From positions 7,126,587 to 7,190,586 of the forward strand of contig CM120648.1 in the NCBI GenBank assembly GCA_051362555.1: a stretch of DNA of 64,000 nt, read 5' to 3'. Positions 44,501 through 56,302 of this stretch are shown piece after piece. The DNA comes from Lingula anatina. Lineage: Eukaryota; Animalia; Brachiopoda. The notes under the pieces were generated by a model that was given only the letters and a program-made list of their open reading frames with translations, searched no databases and was not told the origin of the DNA. A program made the translations under genes and the position numbers. The stretch's first letter is position 1; the number at the start of each line of letters is the position of its first letter.

Positions 44501-47500
44501 GTTTGGGATGTTTTCTACCACTATATCACTGGGGAGGCATATGACGATGGTGTGAAGGTGAAAACCTAGAATACAATCTGATCTCAACACTGTCACATCT
44601 AACACATTTTTAAGGACAAGATTGAGTCTTGCATATTCACTAACTTCAGGGTTTTACTTCTTTATGTTTATTATTATTTTTTTTTTTTCTTCTGCAAGCA
44701 CAAAATATATCATTTCCAGTGGGGATTTAAAAACAACATTTTTTTCCTACATGCAAGATGTATTATTTTCAGTAGGGTCTCCAAACTGTATTTTCTTCTC
44801 AACACACATACACAAAAAAAATTCTTCATATTCCTTATTTTATCTGCACCCCAGGTTACCAGGCTACCATGGGAGGATGACGAGGTCACCCTGGAGACCA
44901 GCCTCATCAGCTCAGAACTAGCCTCCATTAACAGGAAAGGGGTGCTGACCATCAATTCTCAACCAAGAATTAACTGCGTCCCCTCCACAGACCCTGCCGT
45001 GGGATGGGGGAGCCATGATGGGTACATCTTCCAGAAGGTAAGGGTCGTCCATCCAAAAAATAAAGTGAACTTTTGGTCAGGTCAGTGACAAACATTTTGT
45101 CTTGTCTTTACTTTCCTGTTGAAATCACTTTTCAAATACTGCTTGTTTCTTTTCATGTTTTATGCTTTGTTTAAAAGAAAAAAATCCCCAATCCCTTATT
45201 TTTTAAACAGATTTGAGTTTTTGCTAGAAGTATCTGAGCATTTACACTTTTCCTATGGTATCTGAATTTTTTATTTATTTCAAGGTAAAATATATATAAC
45301 GTTTGGAACACTATGCAACATGTACTGATGACCCTAAATTTCTATCTGAACAGTATGAACTTTTTTACAGCAGTTAATTATACTTAAGACTTACTGAAAC
45401 CTGTTAAAATGAATTCCATCTTTTTTCTTCTTTTTTTCAGGCATATTTGGAATTTTTTGTATCCAAAGAAAAAGTTGATTGCTTGAAGGAAATTTTGCCA
45501 GAATATCCCCTGGTCAACTACCACATTGTCAACTGCACAGTAAGATTTTTACTTTTTTGTACTGACAAAGCTACACTGTCATTTCTCTACAAAATATTTC
45601 GATATTAGATAATCTTCTCAATTGTACATGTCTTGATTGTCCCTTTGAAATATAAAGTGCATTCCATGCAAATTTATATTTGTTTTTTATTCATTTTTTT
45701 TTTAATGTTTTCATTCTCATTTAACTTAATTGATTATGAATGTGACATTATCTCAAATCAAATCAATGACTGTGCATCAGCTTGGTTGGCAAAACTCATT
45801 TTTATCTGTCCCTTAGATCCTGATTGCTCCAACTTGCTTGTAGCCTTAAAAGTTCAACACAGACTGACTTAGGAAATAATTTATTGTCTTCAGGGCGAAG
45901 CAGACTACACAAATTGTGATGAACACAAGCCCATAGCTGTAACATGGGGAGTGTTCCCTGGGAGAGAAATCATCCAGCCAACTGTGGTGGATCCTGTAGC
46001 ATTCAAGGCGTGGAAGGTAAAGATTGCTTCTATATTTCTGTTTTCTCAACTACCACATTTTGGTAATAGAGTCAGAATCTTGTCTGTGATTGCTTTTTAT
46101 TTATTTTTTATTTATTTATTTATTTATTTTTCATTAGTAGTAGTGCTTATTTGGTTCAGGTTCATCTGTCATTTCTGTTAACATTTTTGTTTGTATGGGG
46201 ATTTTGGACATGAAGGGAAATTTACTGCTTGCATGAAAATTTTAGCTACTTTCTCACCACTCTTGAGAGACTGGGCCAGTTATGCAAATTTCTTAATTTT
46301 ATACAGGATTTAGGAATATGCAAGTGATGTTTACATTCATTAAATTTGATATCTTTGCATGAACATAGATTCTTAATTTCATAGTTTAGCTTGTGACTTC
46401 TTGTCTATGTTTGATATCTACACTTTGATGTTGTTATACATGCTCTGTTCTGTAGGGTTTTTTCCTCTGATTTTACACATTTATTTATCTATTTATTTTT
46501 TAATGTATTTGTATGTTGCTTCCCAGTTGGTGTTGCTAACTAAAATATGCAGATACATTCCAGGAATTTGTGTGTTTGAAGTGACTTTTGTGTGTAATCT
46601 TGACATCTGGGGTGCAAGATGGTTTTGTTGAATGTGTGCTTAAATCATAACTTACAGTACTATTTTTGGGCGTAACTTTCAAAACTAACCTTCTTTATGT
46701 CCTGGTCTAATGAGTGATTTTTGGCTTTTGACCAAAATTGGTCCAAAAATCATTCTGCAAATATGCTTCTATTATCGAACATTCCTTCCAAAGCTTTTAC
46801 AGCAGGGTCCTAAAGCAAGTTTTTATGGCTTCTAGCAAAAAGCTGACATATAACTTAATTTAGAAAGGAATGGGTTTCACACTCAAAGTATTGTTTGTGA
46901 GAGGTGGTATATGTTCTGGTGGGATCAAATGGTATGAGCAAGTTCTGGTGTTTGTTAGTTTATCAGTGTTTGTCTGTGTCATAAGGAGCTGACACCAGCC
47001 TCTCCGCCAGCTTAAGCCACCATGGCCATGTCACATGACTCAACGGCTGTCACATGACTGTCACATGATCCAATGTCTCATCAGCTCTTACTGAGGTATT
47101 CGGATGTCAATGCTACAAATTAAAGTTATAGTTAGTAAAGAATTAACCTTATTAACAGCTGTTAAAAATACATGGGCATAAGATATCTAATTACAGCACC
47201 TGACTTCTTAACTTTTTCTTATTTGTTTATTTTAAAAAATATTATTCGGTTTCAATGGACTGGACACCTTGTTCACACCATATAAGTTGGAAAAAACACT
47301 AAAATGAATTACAAGTGGCTTATTTTTATGATTGGAGATCTGAACTTGCACATACTCTCCTTGGTCAGTTTGGTTGGTGGTCAGTGTGTTCAAGCAGATC
47401 TGCAGTCAAATCTGTCACTGCCTTGCTGACTGTTAGCCTGACACACACAAAAAAAATGTTTGATTTCGAGTATTAACCCTTTTATTAAATCTATCCAAAA

Positions 47501-48743
47501 TCACAAATCATAAAAAGCCCACAAAGCTGTTAATGGGTTAATCTTAGTTATAATAAATTGTAGAAATATGAAACATTTAGTTTTTTAGTATGTTTGTATA
47601 TTGACATGTATGTTTCTGTTATTGAAAACATTATATTACGAGTGTATTTGATAAATGGTTATAGTTACTTTTGAAAGAGTGTAGATGTGTATGCTTTATA
47701 TAGTTGCCCTATTTCTGTGAGTGTGTATATGTGTGCATGCATGTCCCATAAAGAGAAAATTCTTGTTAAATGAATAGATCTTCTGAAATGAATTTTACAG
47801 GAATTTTGAACAGGAAACAGAGAAATTCAATTGATAACCATAAAAGATTTTTAATTAAGCAATTTTATCAAAGCTAAATGAGAATGATTAACCATTCATT
47901 TATTTGAAATAAGTGCTTTATATATATACATATACTCTCCTCCTTTATGTGAGCAAATGGACATTTCCTTCTTGTCTTATATTTCATATCTCGGGTGGAG
48001 GCTGTACATATAGTTATACATATCTTAATGTCATATAAGTGTAGGGCAGTTAATTTTTGTTTCAAGTAATAATGATTATTTTAATGTTAAAAAATAAGCC
48101 ACAAATACCAACCATTCTCTTACTTGCACTGGTGTTAACAGCACCGTGTCTGCCATATCCGCCGACTGACTGAAATGTCATTATCCTTTAAGGACGAAGC
48201 CTTCATGTTGTGGTTGAACCCATGGGCTGACCTTTACCCTGAGGGATCCAGGTCCCAAGAACTGATTAGATACTTTCACGACAACTATTATCTCGTCAAT
48301 CTGGTCGACAACGAGTTCCCGAAGGAAACGGTCCTGTGGGAGATTGTAGATCGCATGTGCAGTATGGCAGAAAGTAGAAGCGATGGAGCCGTTCAGCAAG
48401 GTAAGAACTGCTTGTACTTCTTTTGTAGTTTTGTTTTAAATTTTTGTTTTTTGAGGGTTAATGGCAACTTGCAATTTTTCTCTACTTGAGTTATTCAAGT
48501 ACACAAGTGTCTGCATGCTTGCATACACATATATTTGAACATTTTACAGTGTTCAAAACTGCTGCTTTGCACTTCAAAATATCTTTGAGCTTTCCTTCTC
48601 AATTTCTCACTCTAAATCAGTTTATAAGACGGCAACCAATAAAATAGTGTTGTAGTAAATGAATGCTTTATTTACTTTTCCACCTCCCTTTTCCAGAGGA
48701 GGCTTGTCAACCAAAGTTCCAGAAACTTGCTGCCAGCCAATAA
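41578..48743 (+). CDS. MTHFR: Methylenetetrahydrofolate reductase, ~664 aa
   Basis: Exons 41578-41798, 42333-42571, 42944-43057, 43408-43601, 43991-44557, 44855-45037, 45441-45539, 45894-46016, 48193-48400, 48697-48743; motifs [83 protein letters not shown]. Confidence 0.97.
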
Positions 48744-51215
48744 ACATCAAGGTTACAAGAGGACCAACCAATAAACATTAGGGTAACAAAATGGCTTATC
48801 AAAAGACCTTAGGCTGTGGGTAACAGAATGACTGAATTCTTAGAATGGCAGTTTTGCTATTAAATATTTTCAGTAAACCTTGGCCGAATTTCACAGAGGT
48901 CTCTCTTAAACAGCTCCCTTCAGAACTTTCACTTTGAAAACAAAGGGAATGCAAGTTTTTGTTAATCAAATCAAAAACATTGCTGTGACTTAAACAAGCT
49001 AATGCTTGTCAGCAGTTAATGCTCATTCAGTACTTTTGTAAATACCTCTTCAATGGGTGCATTAATAATATTTTAATGAAGAATGAAAAGGGAAGGTTAG
49101 TAAATTAAAAGATGATTTTACAAAAATGTATAATCAATTCTCAGTATTTCCAAATTGAGTGCCAGGTGGGGGGCATTTATATATATATATAATTTATTAA
49201 CAAGTAAATTGCACAAGTCAGTGGACTCTGAGCTCTATCAGATATTTATTACATAAAGTTAAATGTACATCTGCCAAGCAGAGGATATTCTTGATAACCA
49301 CATTGCTTTCATATCAGTCATTTTAGCATGTTTCTATTTTTTCAAAAATAGTTTTTAGCTTTAGGGGATTAAGTCTTCAAATAATACTTTCATTTTTGTT
49401 TGTCAAATGTTTAGGGTAATAAGTTGTATTTTGTTAATTTAATTTTTTTTTAAATTTAAATTCTTGTATATCTTGTATATATTTTTTCTGAATCATTTTG
49501 TTGTTTGATTCTCTATGTTAAGGTTTTTATCCTTATAGATAAATGATGGAAATTTATTTTTTAGCTAAAGAGATTCTTAGGTTTTTGTACATCTGTTAAT
49601 AGTCAAGTGTCATAATTAGGAATGAATCATCGAAAAAGTTCAAGTGCCTGGAATTTACAAATCTGCCCAAAGAGTAAGTTTGCTTTGGCAGGACAATTGG
49701 AAACTTTTGCACTATGATCATGTATATATATTTTTGTAATTGCTGTAATTTGGCTTGAAGACAATATTATAAGGGCTTACTTCTCTAAAAGTCTCTTGGC
49801 TGAGCATGAATAGCGAAATACGTATCTGTAATCTGCGACCAAGTATTGGGTAATTTACTTGGTAATTTACATCCATGAGGAAAGCACAAGAATGTGTTAA
49901 CTGCTGTAAGAACTGTTGTCACATCTAACACAATCACACTTTTTTTCGCTTGGGGTGGGGGAGACAGCAGTGCACCATGGTTTACTTCGGAATGCAGTCA
50001 CTAGTCGCACCCGATGAGAAAGCACGGGAAATGCTTGATGTTTTTTTTTGTTAATGATGAGAAAAAAATTATTTTAAGCAAAAAAAGGGTTGTTCTAACT
50101 GACCCACATTTCGAGGGACGATCTAGACTGAAATTGTAACACAGGTCGGCGGAGAAAAAATCATCCGTTGCGGACATTACATTTTTGCCTGTAAGAGTGT
50201 TAAATTGGATCATAAAAAAACGTTCTGATTATTGTGGTATGTGTCTCAATCTTTGTATGAAAAGGGAAAAAATATTCTTAATTCTCGATATTTTTGTTAA
50301 AAACTTTTTGAAAATGTTCATTTTGAAACGAATAAACAAAGGTAACCAAGATATGTGACTTTTTAATATTTAATTTGAAAACATCGATTGTAATAGGAAT
50401 AGAAATGTCCTGACACGCAGTGCTAATTTTAACTTAAAACTCGTGCGTTCAATAAAGTCCAGCCTACCCAGCTCTGCACCACCCATTTTAGCAGTAAGCG
50501 ATGTTGGTTTTCTAGTTGGATCGCACCGAGCCGTACACACTATAGGGCCTACACATTTTGTGCCGAGTTTGGGTCACCCAATTTAAGCGGAAACACGATC
50601 TAAATCGGTACAAAATTCGGGCACAAGCCCTTCAATATCGTTCGGAGATGACAACATAAATCTAGCAGTTGTAAATTAGTTGCATATTTACAAGAGTTTG
50701 CTACTTACATACCTTCGAGAACACCAACTTGTGTTAACAATCGGACTTATGTGAAAATTTACAATAATTTGTAACTTACAACCTTTCGAAAATGCGACCA
50801 CGAAATGATCCAAACCCGTCATTAAAGACGAGAAGACAAAGGAAGGGAAATAAGAAATGAACGGAATACACATCGTTTAATTAACACCAATGATTGTATT
50901 GGCCCCGTGTTCAATAGAGGGCCCATTCTGATACGCATCATTTCATAAGAGCGTGTGAATGCCCTGGTAACTCAAGTGCTAGAGGCTTAGGAGCAAGAGC
51001 CAAGATTGCGACTCGGTAAATAACACGACAGGAGATAATTCACTTAGAGGAATTTTGGTTAAAAATAATTATTTGTGCTTGTTGTCTTTTATCGAGTAAA
51101 AAGCTTTTGTTTTTCGTTGTCAGTGCTTGTGTTATATAACGGAGCAACCACATCTAAACTTTTGACACCTGATTTACAAGTTAACCAATTTGATAAATAT
51201 GTTCATATAACCCTG

Positions 51216-51920
51216 TCACGTGTCAGGTTTCATCTGAGTGACTAGTGGATTCCTGTCTGGGTTGTTAAGGTTTTGTACAGTTTCTATGGCGTCCAGGCAG
51301 TCGGGTCTTATCGGCGGCTGTCGTTCAGCTCCGAAGATTGACGGCAATGAGCTTACGCGCCGACTTCGGAAATTTCCGTCGGATGTAACAGAGAGCCGCC
51401 TGCAGTTGTCACAAGAAACCTCACTTTGTCTGCGAAACTTTTCCAAAAGTTTTTGCTTGAATTTGCTCGCTTGTTCTTCTGGGTCCATCTCTTTTAACTT
51501 TCTCTCAACCTCGGGCCTGAAATTTCTCAGAGAAAATCCCGAGTTGTATACCCGCGTTTCGTATTTGACTTTCCGTGCGTTTTCGGGAGTCTTCGATTGT
51601 CCTGGCTTATATCCGAGTCTCAGCGTATCAAAGTGGTTCGCTCTGTAGTCCGACTGAAGAACGCGCTTGTATGCCTCCATTTCTCTTAAAGACTTATTAA
51701 TTCTTTCGATAGCCCTGTTGTTTATTACTTCTTGTGAATGTTGATATTTCTCCATCACTTTGTTCACCATTTTGAATTTTTCCGCCTCGCCTTCGTTTAG
51801 TTTTTCGGCGCGTCTCCGAGCAGCGAAACTGATGTCTAGAACTGAATTGAATACGGATCCCTTTCCGATTGGACAGTTGTTTGTGTCTCGGACCAATTTT
51901 CTGTTCGTGATCTGTGGCAT
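51216..51920 (-). CDS. Uncharacterised 234-aa basic protein, single coding exon
   Basis: Long GC-enriched ORF in AT-rich context; upstream acceptor (ttttttttcag, ~52186) and donor (ag|gtatg, ~53053) suggest 5'UTR exons; no family recognised. Confidence 0.65.
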   Translation of the reverse strand: MPQITNRKLVRDTNNCPIGKGSVFNSVLDISFAARRRAEKLNEGEAEKFKMVNKVMEKYQHSQEVINNRAIERINKSLREMEAYKRVLQSDYRANHFDTLRLGYKPGQSKTPENARKVKYETRVYNSGFSLRNFRPEVERKLKEMDPEEQASKFKQKLLEKFRRQSEVSCDNCRRLSVTSDGNFRSRRVSSLPSIFGAERQPPIRPDCLDAIETVQNLNNPDRNPLVTQMKPDT

Positions 51921-53885
51921 AGCGCCGTGAGTGATATCTTATAGGCCTATATTTAACAAAGTCTGCTTCTTTTCTAAACATGTAGTCTAATCAAAGTGGC
52001 CTTAAAAGCGTTCCAGCGCTCATTAAAAAAATAACGCTTTCTTGGCCGTTATTTTTGTAAGACCAGTCCCTTATATAACTGGTGTCGTTTTCCTGATAAG
52101 AATCCAGGCAATCTGATGCTCGCCGTTTCGATGAACGGATGCTCGTCTTTGCTGTCGATTAGGTAGATTAGTTTTGCTTGAAGCTCTGAAAAAAAAATAG
52201 GAAATATTCATCAGTGATATCATTGGAAAATGTACCATCCAGCACGTCTGGGGTAGGCCTATAAGTCTATAAGTCAGTGAAAAGACAGGAGATTTTGATT
52301 GTCTGCAATCGTCCTTCTTCTCTTTGGATAGCTTTTGTTTATCTCTCAAAAAACAAACTACACCCATTTTTGCCCCTGTAACAAAGTGTTTAAAAACTGC
52401 CATTTTAACAAAGTGGCCATGGGAGAAAGAAGGAAAAATGGGGACAGAAAGTACCAAGGATGTGTTAATATGATTTCTTGTCTATTATGAATACAACAAA
52501 AAACATAATCACAGATCTACGGAAACATAACATATTTTGGATTTCACAGGCTCCGAATGCGATCCTCACACCTCGTAATAAATTGCCTTTTGCGGGCATT
52601 TTCCAGGCTGATTCTAGAGATTTCGGTTTAACGGTTATACATTCCTGAAACCGCCTATTAGTATAGGGCATATCTAATAAAGTTTGTAACTACACAACTT
52701 GATGTCTGGAAAGTATTCTAAAATTGTCGAAGGTTAGGAAATCTTCTTAATTAAATCTATTTGATCTCTCTATCTCACGCTCTTTTATTTTGTTAAGGTG
52801 CTTTTATACAGAAAACGACCTCCAGTCAGTGCGTCACTGAACTGATAAATTGCTATAAAAATACATTTGAAACTTAACTATCGTATTGTATTGGAGACTT
52901 CATGGCATTCACGTGAAATGAAATATCAAAGAAAAAGTTTTACATCGAATTATTTACAGAAACAGTTGAAATAATGGCGAAATTATATTATAAGTCAGAA
53001 ATATCTGGAAAAAATGCCCCGCGTGATTGAAAATATATTAAGATTAAACATACCTTAGAAGGCCTAACTGTTTTGATCACGAGCTTCTCCAAGCTCATAA
53101 TGAACGTTAGCATTCGTCCTTCCGAGTGAAACTCCAAAACAACACGTATTTCAAATAATTAATACAAGAAAACACCATAAAAGAAGACTGGGAGCAACTC
53201 CATTATATCTTAGTTAGTAATCCGCTCCAATCTACACATTGGCACCTGTTTGATGGTTGGAGCCCCTTTTTTTCACCTGAGTTTACACCTTTCTACATTT
53301 CTCCGGCAGGTTCGGAATAAAACTGACGACAACCCAATCCACTGTGTGCCTCTTAGGCCGCGGGTTTATTTTTAACTCCCTGAAACTAACACCTTATCTT
53401 GAAGGCGTCGCAACGATTTGAAATGTTGTAAATAATGAATATTGAAGGCCGAATTCACACCAGCTTCAAATAGAGCGTATCTTGATCAATCTTTATGGCG
53501 TCGAGATTTTTTAATTGCACTCGGGCCGGTGTTCCCCTCTGTATGTCGCTCAGAGCGGACGTACTTATTGAGTTGGATCCTTGGAGTGCGGTTGGGGGGG
53601 GGGAAAAGCACACGCTATTTCAAAGTAAATCGGAAACATAGCCGGCGTCCTCTCGATCGCGCACTTGCGATCCATCTGAACTTGGTAGGAAGGTGGCTTA
53701 AAAGTCATTACGTCAAGAGACTAACTCACAAGAGCTTATCGCCGCTTTACATTATTTGGATTAGTTCTATTTGATTTAGTATTGTGCGAATTGACGTTCG
53801 ATAAGACTTGATACATTTACAGACTAAGGCAGTTCATTTGATTGATTCGTTTGGCATGTTAGCTTTGCAAATGTTTCGTTACCGT

Positions 53886-53920
<35 letters not shown>

Positions 53921-54970
53921 TAGCGAGATTTAATAAAATCATGTTCTTTTAAAAGGACTTTAATTAATTAATTGATTAATTTTCACATGTTACAATTACT
54001 GATTCTTTCCAAATAAACCCTGTAAGATATTGATACCAAACACCAATGCGAATCAGTGGATTGTATTCGGTTGAACTGGACATTCCTAAAAAAAATTACC
54101 CCCACTCAACCACTAATAAATCCAGTATAACAAGCAAGAGGGAAAATGCAAGTGGGGATGGGAAGGTGGAGGGGAGGGGCAAAAGTGCCCGCCTGTACTG
54201 CATGTATCCACGGACTCCTCTCACTTATTTCATACCTTATCAGAGGTACATTTTATCAAGATTCCATATCGATATGGCTTATATTGCATTAATAGAAATG
54301 ACAGGGTCTCTATAGGGAGTAGCTATATGACTTCGTCGGGAGTAAATTGAATTCTTTGGTCGTTGCTCTAAAGAAGAATTTGGAAAAAGTAAATACTTTG
54401 ACATTCCAAGTAAATTGACCTATGCAAGAAGTTCATTTAAAAATGGATGACTTAGTTTCAGAAAGAAAATGTTTGTGATTATAAGGAAAGAAGGGTGCAC
54501 ATTTATCAACCGCCAAAACAGAGACCTTCTTGATGAGAAAAAGAGTCACAAATAGGTATGTCTGTGCATGAGGAGGTGGGTACGTGCGTGAGCGCGTGTA
54601 TTAGACAGAGATGGGGGAAATTTTCCCTTCACATAATTTATCTCCAAAACGATACCACCTCAAAGGACTACAAATACCGCATAAAAGATTTTTAAAAATA
54701 TAGAAAAGAAAGCCTTATTTTGCCTTTGAATCTGGAATAATTTGAGTCTTAGGCCTATCAAACAAATAACAAAACACCCTGCTGAGAAATATTATCGTAT
54801 ACTGCACCAATCACAAACACGTCCCCAGAACCGTTAGGCGAATAATCAGTTCAGGTAACCCACTATATTAAGATAAAGTATGATATAAGTGCGATACTCT
54901 TAATATCTTTCCAACGCTGATATACATAAAGAACGTCCTATCACAAATCAAGGCAATGTGCAGTTATTAT

Positions 54971-55155
54971 GAGCGCATTCAGAGCAGCGAACTAACAGAT
55001 CCGGGGATCAAATATGGCTGACCAACTTGAGAGCTTGTTGCCTAATCCCGGCAGGGAATCTATTTAGTGTCTAATCGGGAATTAAGCGGCTAGCTTTTAA
55101 GAGGGTCGCCATATTTGATCCGCGGATCTGTTAGTCCGCTGATCTGAATGCGATC
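54971..55155. mobile_element. MITE with ~50-bp TIRs
   Basis: gagcgcattcagagcagcgaactaacagatccggggatcaaatatggc versus gccatatttgatccgcggatctgttagtccgctgatctgaatgcgatc. Confidence 0.75.
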
Positions 55156-55610
55156 TATGGGAAACCCAAGCCATCGTATCTGAAGGGCAACAGGTTTAGC
55201 GATAGCTAACACGCTGTACAGATAACTTCACCTAATCAATGGAGAAAGAGACGTATTGTTGAACAATCCCACACTCTCACCATCAGGGATCAATATTTAG
55301 GAAATACGTTTCCGTGCTCTGTCCTGGCTTTTACTGGCGGGATTGAATTTATTGAAGTATAACTAGAAGCTATGACCCACTAGGTCCCAGGAAGAACTTG
55401 ACAAAAATTTTCCTTGGGCTACTTGTCACGGTCCAGTTTCCTTTAATCATAATAATAATAATAAATAAAACATGTGATGAAATTGGAATACTGTTGTCCA
55501 CCCCTCTGAAAAACTTAACACAAGTACCCGAGTGCGTGAAAATTCATTTTGAAATACTCTGAGCTGGATGGTCGTAACATATTCTTTAAAGTATAAAGTT
55601 TGCAGTTATA

Positions 55611-55825
55611 GACCCCATTTCCATAGATTAGATCGACCTACTTTAGATCGACCTAACTCCCTGGGGGTTCACGCTAAATAGCTGTCAGCCGGGCGGACAC
55701 GAAAGTTAATTACCCTCTTACAGCTTGAAGTAGGCGGGACGGACATCTAAGTCGGATTATCTGAAAGTAATCTAGTGAGACTCCCCGCGTGGATAGATCG
55801 ATCTAAAATCTATGGGAATAGAGCC
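55611..55825. mobile_element. MITE with short TIRs
   Basis: gaccccatttccatagattagatcgaccta versus tagatcgatctaaaatctatgggaatagagcc. Confidence 0.55.
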
Positions 55826-55854
55826 AAAGAGAGCGTGTCAATATGTCACACTGT

Positions 55855-56302
55855 GGGAGCATTCAGAACAAGTTGATCTGCGGATCAAATATGGCTCCAC
55901 CCACTTGAAAACGTGCCGAGATTTAGGCTTCGTTCACATGGAATGTCTATTTTCTAAAAATCTATTTTCTATTCGCGCTATCTTATGATCACGGTCTGTG
56001 CCCTGAATATCCCGCCGCGTAATTACTGGCAGCGCGAGCCAGTTACTTATAGTAACTTATAGTAACTGGCTCGCGCGGCCAGTAATTACGCCGCGGGATA
56101 TTCAGGGCACAGACCGTGATCATAAGAAAGCGCGAATAGAAAATAGAATTTAGAAAATAGACATTGCATGTGAATGAAGCCTTACTTGCTCTGCCTCCTC
56201 TGGGACGGTGCATGTGGGAGGCGGGAGTCCATTGTCAAGTGCGCGCCATATTTGATAGGCGGGCTAATAAGTCCGCGGACCAACCTTGTTGTGAATGCTC
56301 CC
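55855..56302. mobile_element. MITE related to 54971-55155, interrupted by a younger element
   Basis: gggagcattcagaacaagttgatctgcgga versus tccgcggaccaaccttgttgtgaatgctccc; shares atcaaatatggc / gccatatttgat. Confidence 0.65.
55926..56181. mobile_element. Fully palindromic Tourist/Harbinger-type MITE with TTA TSD
   Basis: TTA|GGCTTCGTTCACATG...CATGTGAATGAAGCC|TTA; ~120-bp arms meeting at agttacttatagtaacttatagtaact. Confidence 0.9.

Noticed and set aside
48170-48192. U12-type intron suggested by TCCTTTAAG
   Set aside because: The matching donor is GTAAAG, not GTATCCT
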